A program made the translations under genes and the position numbers. DNA of 62,520 nucleotides, the filler included. It is 14 parts of 14 records of this genome, joined end to end, with 100 filler letters (N's around TTAATTAATTAA, not from the genome) between each part and the next. Parts side by side here need not be neighbours in the genome. Positions count along the whole stretch, not along the records: positions 58,701 to 62,520 come from SRR15195285_7157; 13 more parts are not named here. One strand, 5' to 3'. Position 1 is the first letter of the stretch. Each line of letters begins with the position of its first letter. The notes below the pieces were generated by a model. The model ran no database searches and was not told the origin of the DNA. It worked only from the letters and a program-made list of their open reading frames with translations. This document shows positions 61,552 to 62,520 of the stretch, piece after piece.

Positions 61552-62520
61552 TCCCCAGCAGAACGACTACACCCCAGTTGATCCGCAGTGGGCTGCTGCA
61601 GTCAATTCCCCAACTTCACTCCAAAACCGCACTGTCTACGCAAGCCTATTCGAATACGTCCGCAAGGAAGGAACGGCTGCCTAAAATTTTGACCTCGTAG
61701 ACAGAATCGCCGGGGGGCGCTCGGGTCGCTGGGTCGCACGCACGCAGATACACGTGTCGGGGATCGCTCGTCGAGACTGTCACCTCGGATATACGAGGAG
61801 GAAAGAACTACCCGGGTACGTGTGCGACCAACGGCCACGGTTGCCTGGTACTGGGGGACTGGACGAAATTATGACTGTGCAACTGGTGGTACTAGTAGCA
61901 CAAGCCCAGGATACGCTATCAAAGCCTTGCTGCGCGCGGTTTAGCAGTTTGTCTCGTTCGTGCGTGACGACCGCAAGTGGCGAGACGCACGGGGCGGACG
62001 CTTGGCAGTGTCGTTGATGTCGTTCATATATTACTAGCTAGATCTCCAGTAGACTCAGAGTACTACTTAACTGGAGATGTAGCCGCCGAGCAGCAGCCCT
62101 GTACCCGTGCCGCAAAACGGGACAAGCCTAGTCCACCATCCAGTTATGGTGCTCAGGGAACTGCGGAGCCATGTATGTCCCGATTTTGACGGCGTGTGCG
62201 CGCACCTGCGGCTACTGCGCTGAGCCCGTGCACGCCGCCAGCTCCTGCACAAAATCATGCGCCCGGTGTCAGATCACGTAGAACATTGCAGGTTGCTAGG
62301 CTCAGAATATTAGGTGCAGTATTGGAAAGTCGAAACAACAGGGTATATCAATACGACTTTTTGGATTGAATTTAGCGACGTCACGCGCACAAAACCTCGT
62401 ACATATTTTGGAGCAGTACAGCTGTAGGGTTGAAATCATTTGTACAACTTATGAAACATGATCAGTACATGTGCTAACACATGTACCAGGACGTAGTACA
62501 GTACGCAAATTCACCCTATG

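Overview
This is not contiguous genome. It is 14 short contigs joined by 13 identical 100-nt spacers (44 N, TTAATTAATTAA, 44 N), so gene neighbourhoods mean nothing across spacers. The DNA is a compact, GC-rich eukaryotic nuclear genome with short GT-AG introns (about 45-230 nt) and the standard genetic code. It resembles a heterotrophic marine picoeukaryote; a Picozoa-like origin is only an inference from the (EP)n tracts and gene content. I spliced about 25 gene models by hand. They include an IP3R/RyR-family channel with a non-canonical pore loop, an SH3-like/chromodomain/CCHC protein, two secreted Cys-rich proteins that both end in G-x-G-H, an SDR, a Myb+ZZ protein, a CX5R phosphatase and a bacterial-type aldo/keto reductase. 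Also present are two JmjC proteins (one a KTEL-ending Rossmann-JmjC fusion), a PX-ankyrin-TIR protein, DDX27/Drs1, bacterial-type AvtA, a beta-lactamase-fold hydrolase, a sulfatase fragment, MscS, an SH3-like/NMNAT-like fusion, GH54, a beta-helix enzyme and two long coiled-coil proteins. The best leads are the PX-ankyrin-TIR protein with an intact catalytic Glu, the shared C-terminal Gly-His motif, a recurrent SH3-like module, and TAGGATCCTA-type palindromes upstream of genes. All domain calls come from motif recognition by eye, not from database searches.
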